The position numbers and the translations under genes were made by a program. Positions 26,584 to 36,335 of a stretch of 64,000 nt of DNA are shown here, piece after piece; position 1 is the first letter of the stretch; each line of letters starts with the position of its first letter. Source of the DNA: an archaeon (GTDB taxonomy: Archaea > SpSt-1190 > DYHY01); assembly GCA_043803745.1 (NCBI GenBank), contig JAZDJS010000049.1:13920-77919 (forward strand), written 5' to 3'. The notes below the pieces were generated by a model. It saw nothing but the letters and a program-made list of their open reading frames with translations. It made no database searches and had not been told where the DNA came from.

Positions 26584-27255
26584 CTACCAGATTCCGGGAA
26601 CGAGCCGGTATTTCGTTTTCCTGCAGTATTGCCGGTAACCCGGAAGGGTTTTCAAAAGGAGCTTTTCCTCGTCAAGGAGCCGCAGGATTATCACGGGCGG
26701 TATTACAAGGAAGGGTATCAGCGCAAGGAAAGAGCCGAGCGCAAGCGGGGTCAGGAGAAACATCGCAATAACTCCCGAATACATCGGATGCCTGACGATA
26801 GAATAGGGTCCGGTTGCAACAACCTTCTGCCCCTTCTCGACCTCGACAACCCGGGAAAGGTTGCTGTTCTCCCTCATAACAAAAAAGACGAGAAGGTAGC
26901 CGAGGAAAACGCCGACGCTTGCTGCAATTGCAATTTCCGCCGGCACTGGCGACCATTTGTAGCGGTAGTCGAACCCCGGTATCGCAAAGCCGATGAGGGC
27001 CAGGATTGTCGAGAAAAATATGAACTTTCCCTGGCTGGCCCGCTTTTCCTTGAACCTCATCCTGCGCTCAAGGAGCTTCCGGTCGTTCTTCAGGAAATAC
27101 GCGATAACGAAAAGCGTGGGGAGGATGACTAGCCCTGTGTAAACCCAGGCGTTCCAGTAGGAAAGCGAACCTGCCGGGAGGAATAGGATTGCTAAAATTG
27201 AAACTATCGCGGCCAGGAACTTGGAAATTATACTCCACGCCGAGAATTTGCCCAT
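26584..27255 (-). CDS. Isoprenylcysteine carboxylmethyltransferase family protein
   Basis: TGPYSIVRHPMY, EEKLL and YRLVPGIW motifs; multiple TM helices. Confidence 0.9.
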   Translation of the reverse strand: MGKFSAWSIISKFLAAIVSILAILFLPAGSLSYWNAWVYTGLVILPTLFVIAYFLKNDRKLLERRMRFKEKRASQGKFIFFSTILALIGFAIPGFDYRYKWSPVPAEIAIAASVGVFLGYLLVFFVMRENSNLSRVVEVEKGQKVVATGPYSIVRHPMYSGVIAMFLLTPLALGSFLALIPFLVIPPVIILRLLDEEKLLLKTLPGYRQYCRKTKYRLVPGIW

Positions 27256-27288
27256 ATACTCAGAGTGCGAATTCAGGTATTTATCATC

Positions 27289-28215
27289 TTACCTGAGGAC
27301 CTCGTCATATCCTATGTGCCTGAAAAAGACCTCCAGGTCGCCCTCGTAGAGGCTGAACGGGTCTATGGAAAGCGCAGTTATTCCCTCGGTCTGCTGGAAC
27401 GGTGAACTTGGAAGATTCGGGCCCCTTATTGAGAATGTCGTGAGGGGATGGATGTGCCCTTTTTTGGAGGAATCCCTGTAAGGGGGCAAGTCAGTCCTCC
27501 AAAAGACCGCTCCACCGTCCTCCGCAATCTGGATTACGCCCAAGCGACTCCAGTTTCCCTTGACATCTAATTGGTAATCCCGCCCGTTATAGTTCCCGAA
27601 ATGGCTCCAGATTTCACCGGCGCCCGGGAGCCCTTCCCCGATAGGCTTTGGGAACAAATAAGGGTAGAAATCCAGGTGGAAGAATACGGGCCTATATGTC
27701 TTGAGTGGATTGTCGTTCCTTGAAAAGACAATTCCCGATTTTCCTGAGAAAGTTTCATCGGGAGGAATCGGGACGCCCGTGTTCGCGTATGCCGGAACCG
27801 AGAATCCTTCTATCGGGAACTTGAACGAAACCTTTTCGGCGCCACACTCAATTGAAGTGCCTGCTTTCTCAAGTGCGGTCTCTTCAATCTCCGGTCTTAG
27901 GCGGGCAAGCAGGGCTTGCGGAGTTTTGCTTTTTTTGAGCAGCCTTAGGAATCCCTTCGAAGCGTTCTCATCAACGCACCACCAGTTATCGGGATATTCA
28001 GAGTCTTTTTCGGCTGAGCGGGCAAGTCCGTTTTGAAAAGCATCCCCATAAACCGAAGCAAGCCAGGGAAGGGCAAACTCCTTCGCAGCCGAAAAGTCGT
28101 ATCTCTCGCCCCTCCACCAGTCGAAATAATCCTTCTGGGAATTGTGGGGCGGGCGGGTCCCTCCGGCTGCCTCGTAAAGGCCTTTCAGGAATTTCGAGAG
28201 TTCAAGAGGCGGCAT
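27289..28215 (-). CDS. Hypothetical protein
   Basis: Likely start MPPLELSK at 28215; the longer upstream frame is the antisense shadow of the NosD gene. Confidence 0.6.
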   Translation of the reverse strand: MPPLELSKFLKGLYEAAGGTRPPHNSQKDYFDWWRGERYDFSAAKEFALPWLASVYGDAFQNGLARSAEKDSEYPDNWWCVDENASKGFLRLLKKSKTPQALLARLRPEIEETALEKAGTSIECGAEKVSFKFPIEGFSVPAYANTGVPIPPDETFSGKSGIVFSRNDNPLKTYRPVFFHLDFYPYLFPKPIGEGLPGAGEIWSHFGNYNGRDYQLDVKGNWSRLGVIQIAEDGGAVFWRTDLPPYRDSSKKGHIHPLTTFSIRGPNLPSSPFQQTEGITALSIDPFSLYEGDLEVFFRHIGYDEVLR

Positions 28216-28306
28216 GGGAAGAATTTTCCGGGGGAGATTTATCAGCTTTTCCGTGGTCACTGGAAAAATCCCCAAGGCTTTTATTCGGACGGCTCTTTTC
28301 AGCCGG

Positions 28307-29653
28307 ATGGAAATGAAAAAACTGGTTTTTGCTTTCGCCCTTGCGCTTTCCGCGCTCTTGTTTGCACCGGCATATTCCGCCTGCGTGAACCCCCTCGACA
28401 ATTCGACTTTCGCGGGGAAGATTGAATCGCTCGGGACAACCAGCTTCTGGCTAACCTCGAACGTAACGCTCTGCACCGGAAGGTATGAGCTCGGGTCTAG
28501 GAGCTTCATCCTGAGCTCCGGCCACACCGGGATAACCCTTGACTGCAACGGCTCGACAATAGTCGGCCCCGGAAAGATCGGGGGCGCTAGCGGAGGGGTT
28601 CTCTTCGGATGTTTTTCAGGGAACACATATTTCACCTGCACGCTGAACTCGGCGGTCAGGAACTGCGTTTTCGAGGAGCAGAACACCGCAATAAGCGCGA
28701 CAAACGTAAACAGCATCACAATCGAGAACAACACAATCAGGAACGTCAACTACGGAATTTCCGTCAGCGGTTCAAAGAACCCGGTGATAAGAGACAATTC
28801 GATTTCCGGCGCGATTTTTGACGGGATAAGCATCAGGGAGGGAATCGGGAGCTGGAAGACAATAGGGGCTGACGTTTCAGGCAACCTTGTCTCCGGCTCG
28901 GGGCATTACGGGCTCAACATGCTTTTCGTTAATTCAAGCACATTTGCCGGAAACAGGATTACCGGGAACGGGTATGGCGGCATTTACGCGCTGTTCACCA
29001 ACGCAAACACCTTTTACAACAACCATTTCGAGAACTCAAAGAACGTCCGCCTCTCGAACTCGACCGATTTCTGGAACATCCAGAAGACTGCCGGGACAAA
29101 CATAATCGGAGGACCCTATCTTGGGGGGAACTACTGGTCGAACTATAACGGGACCGATTCCGACGGAGACGGGCTCGGGGATTCCTCGCACTCCGAGAAA
29201 CTCCTCGGCACGGACAAGGGACTGGAGCTTTCCGACAACCTCCCGCTAGCGCGCGTTCCGACCTGCTTTGCAAAGGAGGTTTCCTCGCAGTTCGGAGTCG
29301 GGACGGGATTCCAAATCCCTGCTGCGCTCCCCTACAAGAACGAGATTTTCAACGTGAAGCTCTGGGCGAACCAGACCCCTGCCGGGAGCTTTGTCGTTTC
29401 CGGGGGGGCGGTTTCCTCTATTTCCTGTTCCCAGGAACAAAAGCCTACATATACAGTCTATGTAACGAGGCCTGAAGCAGTCGGAGAGGTTGCGAACTCG
29501 GCTGACCCGCTGGCGGAATTGAACCAGAAAATCTCCTTGAAGGAAATCGACATTCGGGGGGAGACCCTGCCAAAGAAAATAGGCGCGTTCTTCACAAAGG
29601 TCGGGCTGAAGGTCGCGAATTTCGTCCGTTCCTTCGGCAAACGGAGAAAGTGA
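28307..29653 (+). CDS. Secreted NosD/CASH parallel beta-helix surface protein
   Basis: Signal peptide, repeated N.I..N..GI units, NIIGGPYLGGNYWSNY and DSDGDGLGD. Confidence 0.88.
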   Translation: MEMKKLVFAFALALSALLFAPAYSACVNPLDNSTFAGKIESLGTTSFWLTSNVTLCTGRYELGSRSFILSSGHTGITLDCNGSTIVGPGKIGGASGGVLFGCFSGNTYFTCTLNSAVRNCVFEEQNTAISATNVNSITIENNTIRNVNYGISVSGSKNPVIRDNSISGAIFDGISIREGIGSWKTIGADVSGNLVSGSGHYGLNMLFVNSSTFAGNRITGNGYGGIYALFTNANTFYNNHFENSKNVRLSNSTDFWNIQKTAGTNIIGGPYLGGNYWSNYNGTDSDGDGLGDSSHSEKLLGTDKGLELSDNLPLARVPTCFAKEVSSQFGVGTGFQIPAALPYKNEIFNVKLWANQTPAGSFVVSGGAVSSISCSQEQKPTYTVYVTRPEAVGEVANSADPLAELNQKISLKEIDIRGETLPKKIGAFFTKVGLKVANFVRSFGKRRK

Positions 29654-29698
29654 ATTTTCCGGCCGTCAGAATTATAAACCTGTAAAGCAGTCTCACCT

Positions 29699-30298
29699 AT
29701 GGCTGTTCCCTTCGGGAAAATCGCTTTTGAGGAAGGCGGCGACAGGACTTTTGACGAAACGAGGAAAATCTCGAAATATTACGTGTCCTGGGAGGAGTTC
29801 CTAGGGCTTGCCGAGTCAGTTGCCGAGAAACTAGACCCGCTGAAATATGACATCGTGCTCGGGGTTGCGAACGGCGGGCTTTCCTTCGCGCAGACGGTTT
29901 ACGAAAGGATACGGGACGGGAACCGGGAACTTTCCTGCGGAAGCGTCCAGCTTCGGAGATACCGCCAGGAGGGGGACGGGCGCGGAGTCGAGTTCTTTTA
30001 TTTCCCGGATGAGCTTCTGCGGGGAAAAAGGACTCTTGTGTGCGACGAGGTTGCCGATGACGGGATCACCTTGCAGGCGCTCAAGACAAGGCTTGAGGAA
30101 ATAGGATGCTCGACGGAATATGCAACTGTTTTCGTGAAGGAAGGCTCTGCTTTCAATCCAGACTATTACGGAAGGCGGATCCCAAAAACTGTCCGGCATA
30201 ACGGCGAAGCATATCTCAACTGGCTCGTCTTCCCCTGGGAGAAGGAATGGGCGGAGTTTTATCTCGGCAGGAGGGCTCCGGCAGCCAAGAGAACCTGA
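29699..30298 (+). CDS. Type I (purine) phosphoribosyltransferase
   Basis: GVANGG, PRPP loop LVCDEVADDGITL, PDYY and WLVFPWE. Confidence 0.85.
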   Translation: MAVPFGKIAFEEGGDRTFDETRKISKYYVSWEEFLGLAESVAEKLDPLKYDIVLGVANGGLSFAQTVYERIRDGNRELSCGSVQLRRYRQEGDGRGVEFFYFPDELLRGKRTLVCDEVADDGITLQALKTRLEEIGCSTEYATVFVKEGSAFNPDYYGRRIPKTVRHNGEAYLNWLVFPWEKEWAEFYLGRRAPAAKRT

Positions 30299-30831
30299 CG
30301 CGTCCGTTCGGGAACCGTTCCAGTTACCGTGATGTATGGGATTTCTTCCTCATCCAGGAGCCGCACAAGCTCCGAATCTATCGCAAGCCTCAGGTCCGGC
30401 CTGTCAGGCCTGACGCCGTCCCGCTCAAAGGGGATTTCGGGAGGGAGATAGACAACCAATTCATACCTCCTTTTCGCATGACCGATTCCCGCGGTCCGCA
30501 GGGGGAAGAGAAGCTCCCGAGGAACCCCGAATTCCTCTGTGAAAACGTACGCGGACGCTACTCCGTTAAGAGTCCCGCCCTCCGTGACGAAATGGGCTTC
30601 CCTGTTTTCGAATGTTGCCGTTTCCGCTAGGGCCGCAAGGGAAAGATATGCCGCCTCAATGGGCCTGTCAAGGACGCGCAGGTCGCCGGCGCCCCTCGCT
30701 TCCCGGAATTTTGCTTTCACGGAATCCGCCGAGACCGGAAGCGCAAGCTCGCGCGAAAGCTCGGCAACAAGAACCGATTTTCCCGAGGAATACGTGCCGA
30801 CAACCGCGATTCGCGTGTATTTCGAGGTCAC
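30259..30831 (-). CDS. NadR/Ttd14-like AAA (P-loop kinase) protein
   Basis: RIAVVGTYSSGKS, YLPPEIPFERDGVR and VTGTVPER motifs. Confidence 0.8.
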   Translation of the reverse strand: MTSKYTRIAVVGTYSSGKSVLVAELSRELALPVSADSVKAKFREARGAGDLRVLDRPIEAAYLSLAALAETATFENREAHFVTEGGTLNGVASAYVFTEEFGVPRELLFPLRTAGIGHAKRRYELVVYLPPEIPFERDGVRPDRPDLRLAIDSELVRLLDEEEIPYITVTGTVPERTRQVLLAAGALLPR

Positions 30832-30907
30832 TTCGGCTGGAATCGGGGCGGATTTTTAGCTTTTTGACTGACTTTTTATATCGGGAGTCGCTTGAAATGG
30901 ATTCAAA

Positions 30908-32377
30908 ATGAATGCAGTTTTCAAGAGGCACAAGTCGGCGCTGGTCCTCCTCGCAATACTCGCCTTCGCCCTTTCCCTCCGGCTCCAGTACTTTGTCGGA
31001 CCGGGACTCAACGATGACGTCGATTATTTCTACAGCGCAAGAGCGGTTTCCAGGGGGGATTTCGGCTCCCTTTACGGGGGAAGCATAAACGCGATAAGGT
31101 CCATGGTGACCGCCCCGATTGCGTTCTTCTTCCGGCTTTTCGGGAGGACTGACAAGTTTGTCGCTGAAATCTGGCCCCTCCTTTGCTCCCTAGGAACTGT
31201 TGTCCTTACCTATTTCCTTGGGAAAGGGCTTTTTTCGCAAAGGACGGGCCTGCTCGCGGCGTTCGTTCTTTCCTTCTTCCCTGTCGATGTTGCCTTCTCA
31301 ACCCAGATAGTTCCCACAACGCAGGTCGTCTTCTTCTTCACCCTGACGCTTTTCCTGCTTTTCCGCTCCCTGACCAAAAAACGGGCGCCGGGGAAATTCC
31401 TTTTCCTTGCCGGGATTTCCGGCGGGCTCGGATATCTTGCCAACATAATGATGGTTTTCGTCCTCTTCTTCTCGGTCGGGCTCTTCCTGTTGATGTACTG
31501 CCGCGGATTTAGGAGGCTTCTGCGCGCGGCAATCCCGATTATCGTCGGATTCCTCCTTGTCTTCCTTGTCGAGGCGTGCTTCATGTTCGCTTTCACCGGG
31601 AACCCCCTGCACCGGCTGCAGGTAATACACGAGACTGAGAAGATGATCGGGACGAACACTGCAATGGAATATTATCCGAAGGTGATGGGAACCATCACGA
31701 ACCCGGACTATTCGGCCCATCAGGGGAACCTGGGGCTGCATTTTTTCGCCTTCGTTGCGGGAGCTGCTTTCCTGACGGCTTTCCGGAGAAGGAAGGGAGC
31801 GATTTTCCTTGCGCTAACCTTTCTCCTGATAATGTCCTATTTCCAGTTCGGGATAATGACTTCGACGCTCAAGCCAATCGCGAAATGGGTCAGATACCTG
31901 ATAATATTCGGCCCGATTTTCTCCATCTCAATCGCGGAATTCTTCCGTTCGCTTCTTCCATGGGAAAAATTGACGGCGCCGCTCGCCGCCCTGGTTCTCC
32001 TCTTCGCAACGATCCCGTATCTTGAGGGAACAACAAGGGCATACAACGAGCAGCTGGAACCGTTCAGGGAAACCGCAGAATATCTGGACTCCCTGGAAAC
32101 GGATTCGCCCGTCTATGCGGACGGGACTGCCGCCGCCTTCTTCTCGATTGAGCTCGGGTTCGGAAGGATGATCCGTGTTTTTGACAAGAAGACCGAACCG
32201 GAAAATGTCGCCGGGAGTTATGTTGTACTGAACGGCTCTCGAGGCACCTCCGAAAACCAGGAAATGAGAGGCTATTTGCCGGAATTTGCAAGAAACCCGC
32301 CTGGGAACTTCCGCCTTGTCAGAAAGATAGAGGGCAAGTTCTTCTCGCCGGAAATCTACTATGCGGAGAAAACCTAG
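30908..32377 (+). CDS. GT-C (ArnT/PMT, GT39-like) membrane glycosyltransferase
   Basis: LRL...DDVDY in the first loop, many TM helices, RYL motif. Confidence 0.82.
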   Translation: MNAVFKRHKSALVLLAILAFALSLRLQYFVGPGLNDDVDYFYSARAVSRGDFGSLYGGSINAIRSMVTAPIAFFFRLFGRTDKFVAEIWPLLCSLGTVVLTYFLGKGLFSQRTGLLAAFVLSFFPVDVAFSTQIVPTTQVVFFFTLTLFLLFRSLTKKRAPGKFLFLAGISGGLGYLANIMMVFVLFFSVGLFLLMYCRGFRRLLRAAIPIIVGFLLVFLVEACFMFAFTGNPLHRLQVIHETEKMIGTNTAMEYYPKVMGTITNPDYSAHQGNLGLHFFAFVAGAAFLTAFRRRKGAIFLALTFLLIMSYFQFGIMTSTLKPIAKWVRYLIIFGPIFSISIAEFFRSLLPWEKLTAPLAALVLLFATIPYLEGTTRAYNEQLEPFRETAEYLDSLETDSPVYADGTAAAFFSIELGFGRMIRVFDKKTEPENVAGSYVVLNGSRGTSENQEMRGYLPEFARNPPGNFRLVRKIEGKFFSPEIYYAEKT

Positions 32378-32385
32378 GGAAACCC

Positions 32386-32781
32386 TTAGGGCGCGCCCAT
32401 CCGTCCGGAGAATTCCTGGCTTATTTCAAGCGACGAGCCCTTGACGGATACGAGGGTTCCGCAGCTTTCGGAAAGGCATCCGCCTATCTTCGCGGTTGAA
32501 CAATCGACCTTCCCGACACAGGAAATCGCAATCTGGCTTGAGAAGCTCGAGCCCTTCTGGATTCCGAGCTGGAAGGACTGGATGTTCCGCCGGAACGAGT
32601 AAGGGGCGGCGTATATCTCCGAAATCGTCCTGTTGAAATCCGAGACAATGGAAATTTCCTGGCTCGGCCTCTCCGCCCCGCCCCGGTACCCATTCCGAAC
32701 AATTGCGCCAATTGCAAGAAGGTTCAGGACTATTATCACCGCGGCAATCACGAAGAACTGGGCTCGGCGCCGTCCCCCCAT
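32386..32781 (-). CDS. Pilin-like protein with class III signal peptide
   Basis: MGGRRRA|QFFVIAAVIIV; TGATG overlap with the upstream gene. Confidence 0.75.
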   Translation of the reverse strand: MGGRRRAQFFVIAAVIIVLNLLAIGAIVRNGYRGGAERPSQEISIVSDFNRTISEIYAAPYSFRRNIQSFQLGIQKGSSFSSQIAISCVGKVDCSTAKIGGCLSESCGTLVSVKGSSLEISQEFSGRMGAP

Positions 32782-35153
32782 CAGGATTTCCTCCAAAGCA
32801 TTATCTTTATCGACCCGCCCCTTCCGGTTCCCGGATTGAACGCGAAAATCTGGGAAACCGTCGCGTCTGTCGCAGGCGAAACTTCCCGGTCGGAGTATCC
32901 GGGGTTGTCCGGCGGGGAAACCCAGTATGTGCTTCCGGAATGGCGCGATTCTCCGAAATCAACGTATGCCTCAGCAATCGTGTTGTTCCCCAGGGAAACG
33001 GGATAAAACGGGATGGCGCCCCCGTAGGGAATTCCCTCCGCAACCAGGCTGCTTGCCGGGAAAGGAACATCCTCTCTCGAGAAAATTATCTCCCGGATTC
33101 CGACGCGTCCTCCCGGAACAAACGCGCGGAAGGAAATAGTGTCGCCGGACGAAAAGTCCGCCCGCTCGATTGACGAGGTTTCCGGATTCAGGACGAAAAC
33201 CCGTCCGGGAACGTAGGGGATTCCCGCCTGCGAAAGGTTAAGGGAGACCTCGAAGGTCCGGTCGCCCAGACCCCAGTTCTCAATTGTTATCGGCGCCGAC
33301 TCGAAGCCCTCCTGCAGAGGAACGTCTATCTCCTCAAGGGCAATCGACTGGATTGTGGCGTTTGTCTGGTTGACTGCGCAAAGGAAACTGTTGGCTCCCT
33401 GCGAGAAGAACGCCGAGGGAAGAGAGAAAATCTTCTCAACGAACCTGTCCTCGGAGATCGAAGAAAACCCGGGGATTACTAGGCCGGAGAATACCAGGTT
33501 GCTCGAAAGGTTGCAGGAAAGCTCGACCGTTATGTTGAACCGCTTCCGTATCGTGAAGTTCGCGATTACGAGTCCCGGAGCATCCGGAAGGAACTCGTTG
33601 ATGAAGGGTATTTCGGTCTGCGTCGTGAGTATGCTTGCCGACGAGGAGTCTATTTCCTTCTTTTCGTTCCCGAAAAATCCGGCGGGCCTAAGATCCCTTG
33701 CGGTTGCTGATTCGCCGAATGTGAAAAGGGTCGCAGTCTCAATCGGAGTCTGCGCAGAGTAGGAGCCGACCGTTATCGGCTCGTCAGGATAGAGAAGGGT
33801 TCCGTTGAAGGAAAAGCTTTTCTGCCGCTCCGGGAAAACCCCGACCTTTGAAGACGCCCCGTCCGAGAAAAGGAGCCCCTTCTTCAGGGCCGTCCCGGCT
33901 GGGGAGGAAGGCCAGGAATCGACAAGGAGGAAATCTCTCGGGAATGTTATTGAATCAAGCCGGGGCGCATAGCTCCCCCCATCCGAAAGCCTCAGCCGCC
34001 TTTGCACCAGCAGCCTGCCGTCGTCGAAAAGGGTCGCGGAATATTCTATTTTCCCGTCGCTTCCCGAAATCTGCCAGTTGGCAGTCACCCTTCCGACCGC
34101 CCTCGTCGAATTCACAAGATGGGGTGCGGTCGAAACCGCAAGGGAACTTCCAGGAAGCTCCGGAATCCCCTCAAGAACGAGCCCCCCAGTTGCGTTCAGG
34201 ACCTTGTAAGTTCCGAAGGTTTTGTCGATCTGGACCGAATAGTTCTCGGATTGCAGCGTGAAAAGGAACGCGCTTTCTTGGAAGGAAAGGTTCGACTCGC
34301 GGGACCTCGGAGAAACCGGATAGCCTATCCTCGAGACAACGAAAACGGTTTTCCTCTCGGCTGGCGGAACGAAGGTGACTGTCGCGCGCGGAGCCTGCTC
34401 AATTGCCCGCGTGAGTATCCGCACGTCCTGACCTGAAACGTCGCGCTCGGTCCATACGGGCCTGACAATCCTCGGGTTCTGCTCCCCGGTGGAGAAGTAA
34501 ACATACCCGTGGATTGCCTCGCCAGCCCCGATTGTTGCGTTGAACAGCAGGGTCGGGACGAGAGTCCCGTTCGTTTCCTGGATGTTGTGGAGGATGAATG
34601 AGGTCCGCGCGCCCCGGGCAAAAAGATCGAGCGAGGAAACCGAAGGAACATCAACGGTCCCGTCGCCGTTTGAATCGAGCTTCGGAAGGGTCACGGTCAA
34701 ATACACCGGAGCGTCCATGATTTCGCCGCCGAGGTTCTGGACTGCGAAGGGCACCCGGTAAAAATTGAATGAAATTGACGAAGGGTATTCCGTCGAGGAA
34801 AGGTCGGTTACGAATATGTCCGTTGAGTTGATGATTGCGGGAAAATCGACGTAAACCGTCTGGGGATTCTCAAGCGGGTTCGCCGAAATTGGCGTGAAGA
34901 AATCCCCGAAAACCTTGTAGGAAAAGCTTGAGGGGACTGCATAGGAGATGAACTGGTCGAACGAGTAGAAATCGGAAAGGGCGAGGCTGTTCACCGATTC
35001 GGAATATGCCGAAAGAACGTCGTATCCGACCTGTTTTGCCACTGAGGTGCTCCTGTCCCCCGTATCCCAGTTTATGAACGCCTGGAAAGTCGCGATGACC
35101 ATCACTATTGCTATCAGGGACTCGACAGCCCGAAGGAAGGATTTCCTGCCCAT
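32781..35153 (-). CDS. Large minor-pilin/adhesin-like protein
   Basis: MGRKS|FLRAVESLIAIVMV N-terminus, beta-rich 790 aa, C-terminal IKIMLW. Confidence 0.72.
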   Translation of the reverse strand: MGRKSFLRAVESLIAIVMVIATFQAFINWDTGDRSTSVAKQVGYDVLSAYSESVNSLALSDFYSFDQFISYAVPSSFSYKVFGDFFTPISANPLENPQTVYVDFPAIINSTDIFVTDLSSTEYPSSISFNFYRVPFAVQNLGGEIMDAPVYLTVTLPKLDSNGDGTVDVPSVSSLDLFARGARTSFILHNIQETNGTLVPTLLFNATIGAGEAIHGYVYFSTGEQNPRIVRPVWTERDVSGQDVRILTRAIEQAPRATVTFVPPAERKTVFVVSRIGYPVSPRSRESNLSFQESAFLFTLQSENYSVQIDKTFGTYKVLNATGGLVLEGIPELPGSSLAVSTAPHLVNSTRAVGRVTANWQISGSDGKIEYSATLFDDGRLLVQRRLRLSDGGSYAPRLDSITFPRDFLLVDSWPSSPAGTALKKGLLFSDGASSKVGVFPERQKSFSFNGTLLYPDEPITVGSYSAQTPIETATLFTFGESATARDLRPAGFFGNEKKEIDSSSASILTTQTEIPFINEFLPDAPGLVIANFTIRKRFNITVELSCNLSSNLVFSGLVIPGFSSISEDRFVEKIFSLPSAFFSQGANSFLCAVNQTNATIQSIALEEIDVPLQEGFESAPITIENWGLGDRTFEVSLNLSQAGIPYVPGRVFVLNPETSSIERADFSSGDTISFRAFVPGGRVGIREIIFSREDVPFPASSLVAEGIPYGGAIPFYPVSLGNNTIAEAYVDFGESRHSGSTYWVSPPDNPGYSDREVSPATDATVSQIFAFNPGTGRGGSIKIMLWRKS

Positions 35154-35807
35154 CTAGCTAGAAACGACCCCCACGGATATTTCGCGCGTACCGTAAAGCC
35201 GCTCAACCTTGTCATATGAGAAAATGAACAGGGTGTAGACCCCCTCCCCGGCCGGGACAAGGGAAACCCGTCCGGAAGGGTCAGTCTCCCGGGAGTCGAT
35301 CAGACTGTCCGAGGAATTGACGAGAAGGGCATATGTCCTTCCCGACGGGATTCTCCCGTCGAACGCCCTCGGAATGATCGTTACGTTGATCGGAGTCGAG
35401 TTTGAGAACGTGTCGAAGGAGAACGCGGCTTCCCCGGGGGCCTTTGCAAGAGGGTTCTCGAAATATGTTCCGATTACAATCGAAGGAAGGAAAGAAATCC
35501 GGAAGTTGTAATCCTCCTTGATTCTCACCCGCTCGCGGAGGGCGGAATAATTCCCTTCCGGGATTTCCATCAGCTTCGTGTAGTTGAGACTTCCGTCGCC
35601 TTCGGCGAATCCGTTCGAGCTGCTCGCGGAAAGCTCGGTCACGACCTTCTGGGCCTTCGTTTCAAGGAGCGCGGTTTTCGCGGAATCGCTGACGCTGAGA
35701 TAGCCGCGGAAGACCGCGGAAACCACGAGCATCGTGGCGAACAGGAAAATCATCGCTGATGCGACGAACTCGATTGCAAGCTGAGCTGAGCGCGACCGCC
35801 TCACCAA
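35154..35807 (-). CDS. Pilin-like protein with class III signal peptide
   Basis: RRSRSA|QLAIEFVASAMIFL. Confidence 0.78.
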   Translation of the reverse strand: MVRRSRSAQLAIEFVASAMIFLFATMLVVSAVFRGYLSVSDSAKTALLETKAQKVVTELSASSSNGFAEGDGSLNYTKLMEIPEGNYSALRERVRIKEDYNFRISFLPSIVIGTYFENPLAKAPGEAAFSFDTFSNSTPINVTIIPRAFDGRIPSGRTYALLVNSSDSLIDSRETDPSGRVSLVPAGEGVYTLFIFSYDKVERLYGTREISVGVVSS

Positions 35808-36334
35808 ACCAGGACGGATACCTCCACGGGCAGCTTTCTTCCTGCAGAGGGAAGCTCGACGACCGTCTGCCTAATCGCCTTTGTTGCAACGACGGAGGGC
35901 GGCACATCCCTTCCGCGGAAATAGAATTCCCCGGGGACCGGAAAGAAGCGCACGGTCCGGTTTTCGATGCCGCCGATTTCAACCCAGATTGTGTGATTCT
36001 CAAAGGAAACGTCCTCCGGAATCCCCTCGGTTGAAAGGTAGAATGTCGCACGCTTGGTCAGCCCGACGAACCCGCCTCCGTTCCAGTTCCGGCTGTCGGA
36101 GTAGAGGGAAAAGAACGGCGCGAGGGCTTCGTTGGAAAAGTAAAGCCTTACGGGAACGTTCTCCCCTGCGAAGGAGGGGGTTACCTCGAACGCGGTCTGG
36201 GAAATGTCCCCGACCCTGCCGACAAGATATCCGGATGAACGGGTTTCGGCGCCTCTTGAAACGGCTGCCGAAAGGAAAATCGCGAGCAGAAAGACGATGA
36301 CGAAGAGGGCGGGCCTCCTCTCTCCGGCTGCCAA
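35801..36334 (-). CDS. Pilus-cluster membrane-anchored hypothetical protein
   Basis: N-terminal TM helix, C-terminal VSVLVW; lies within the operon. Confidence 0.65.
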   Translation of the reverse strand: MAAGERRPALFVIVFLLAIFLSAAVSRGAETRSSGYLVGRVGDISQTAFEVTPSFAGENVPVRLYFSNEALAPFFSLYSDSRNWNGGGFVGLTKRATFYLSTEGIPEDVSFENHTIWVEIGGIENRTVRFFPVPGEFYFRGRDVPPSVVATKAIRQTVVELPSAGRKLPVEVSVLVW

Positions 36335-36335
36335 C

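Noticed and set aside
28216-28749. N-terminal 178 aa of the 486-aa minus-strand ORF
   Set aside because: It overlaps the NosD gene in antisense and the divergent promoter region; the real start is probably 28215.
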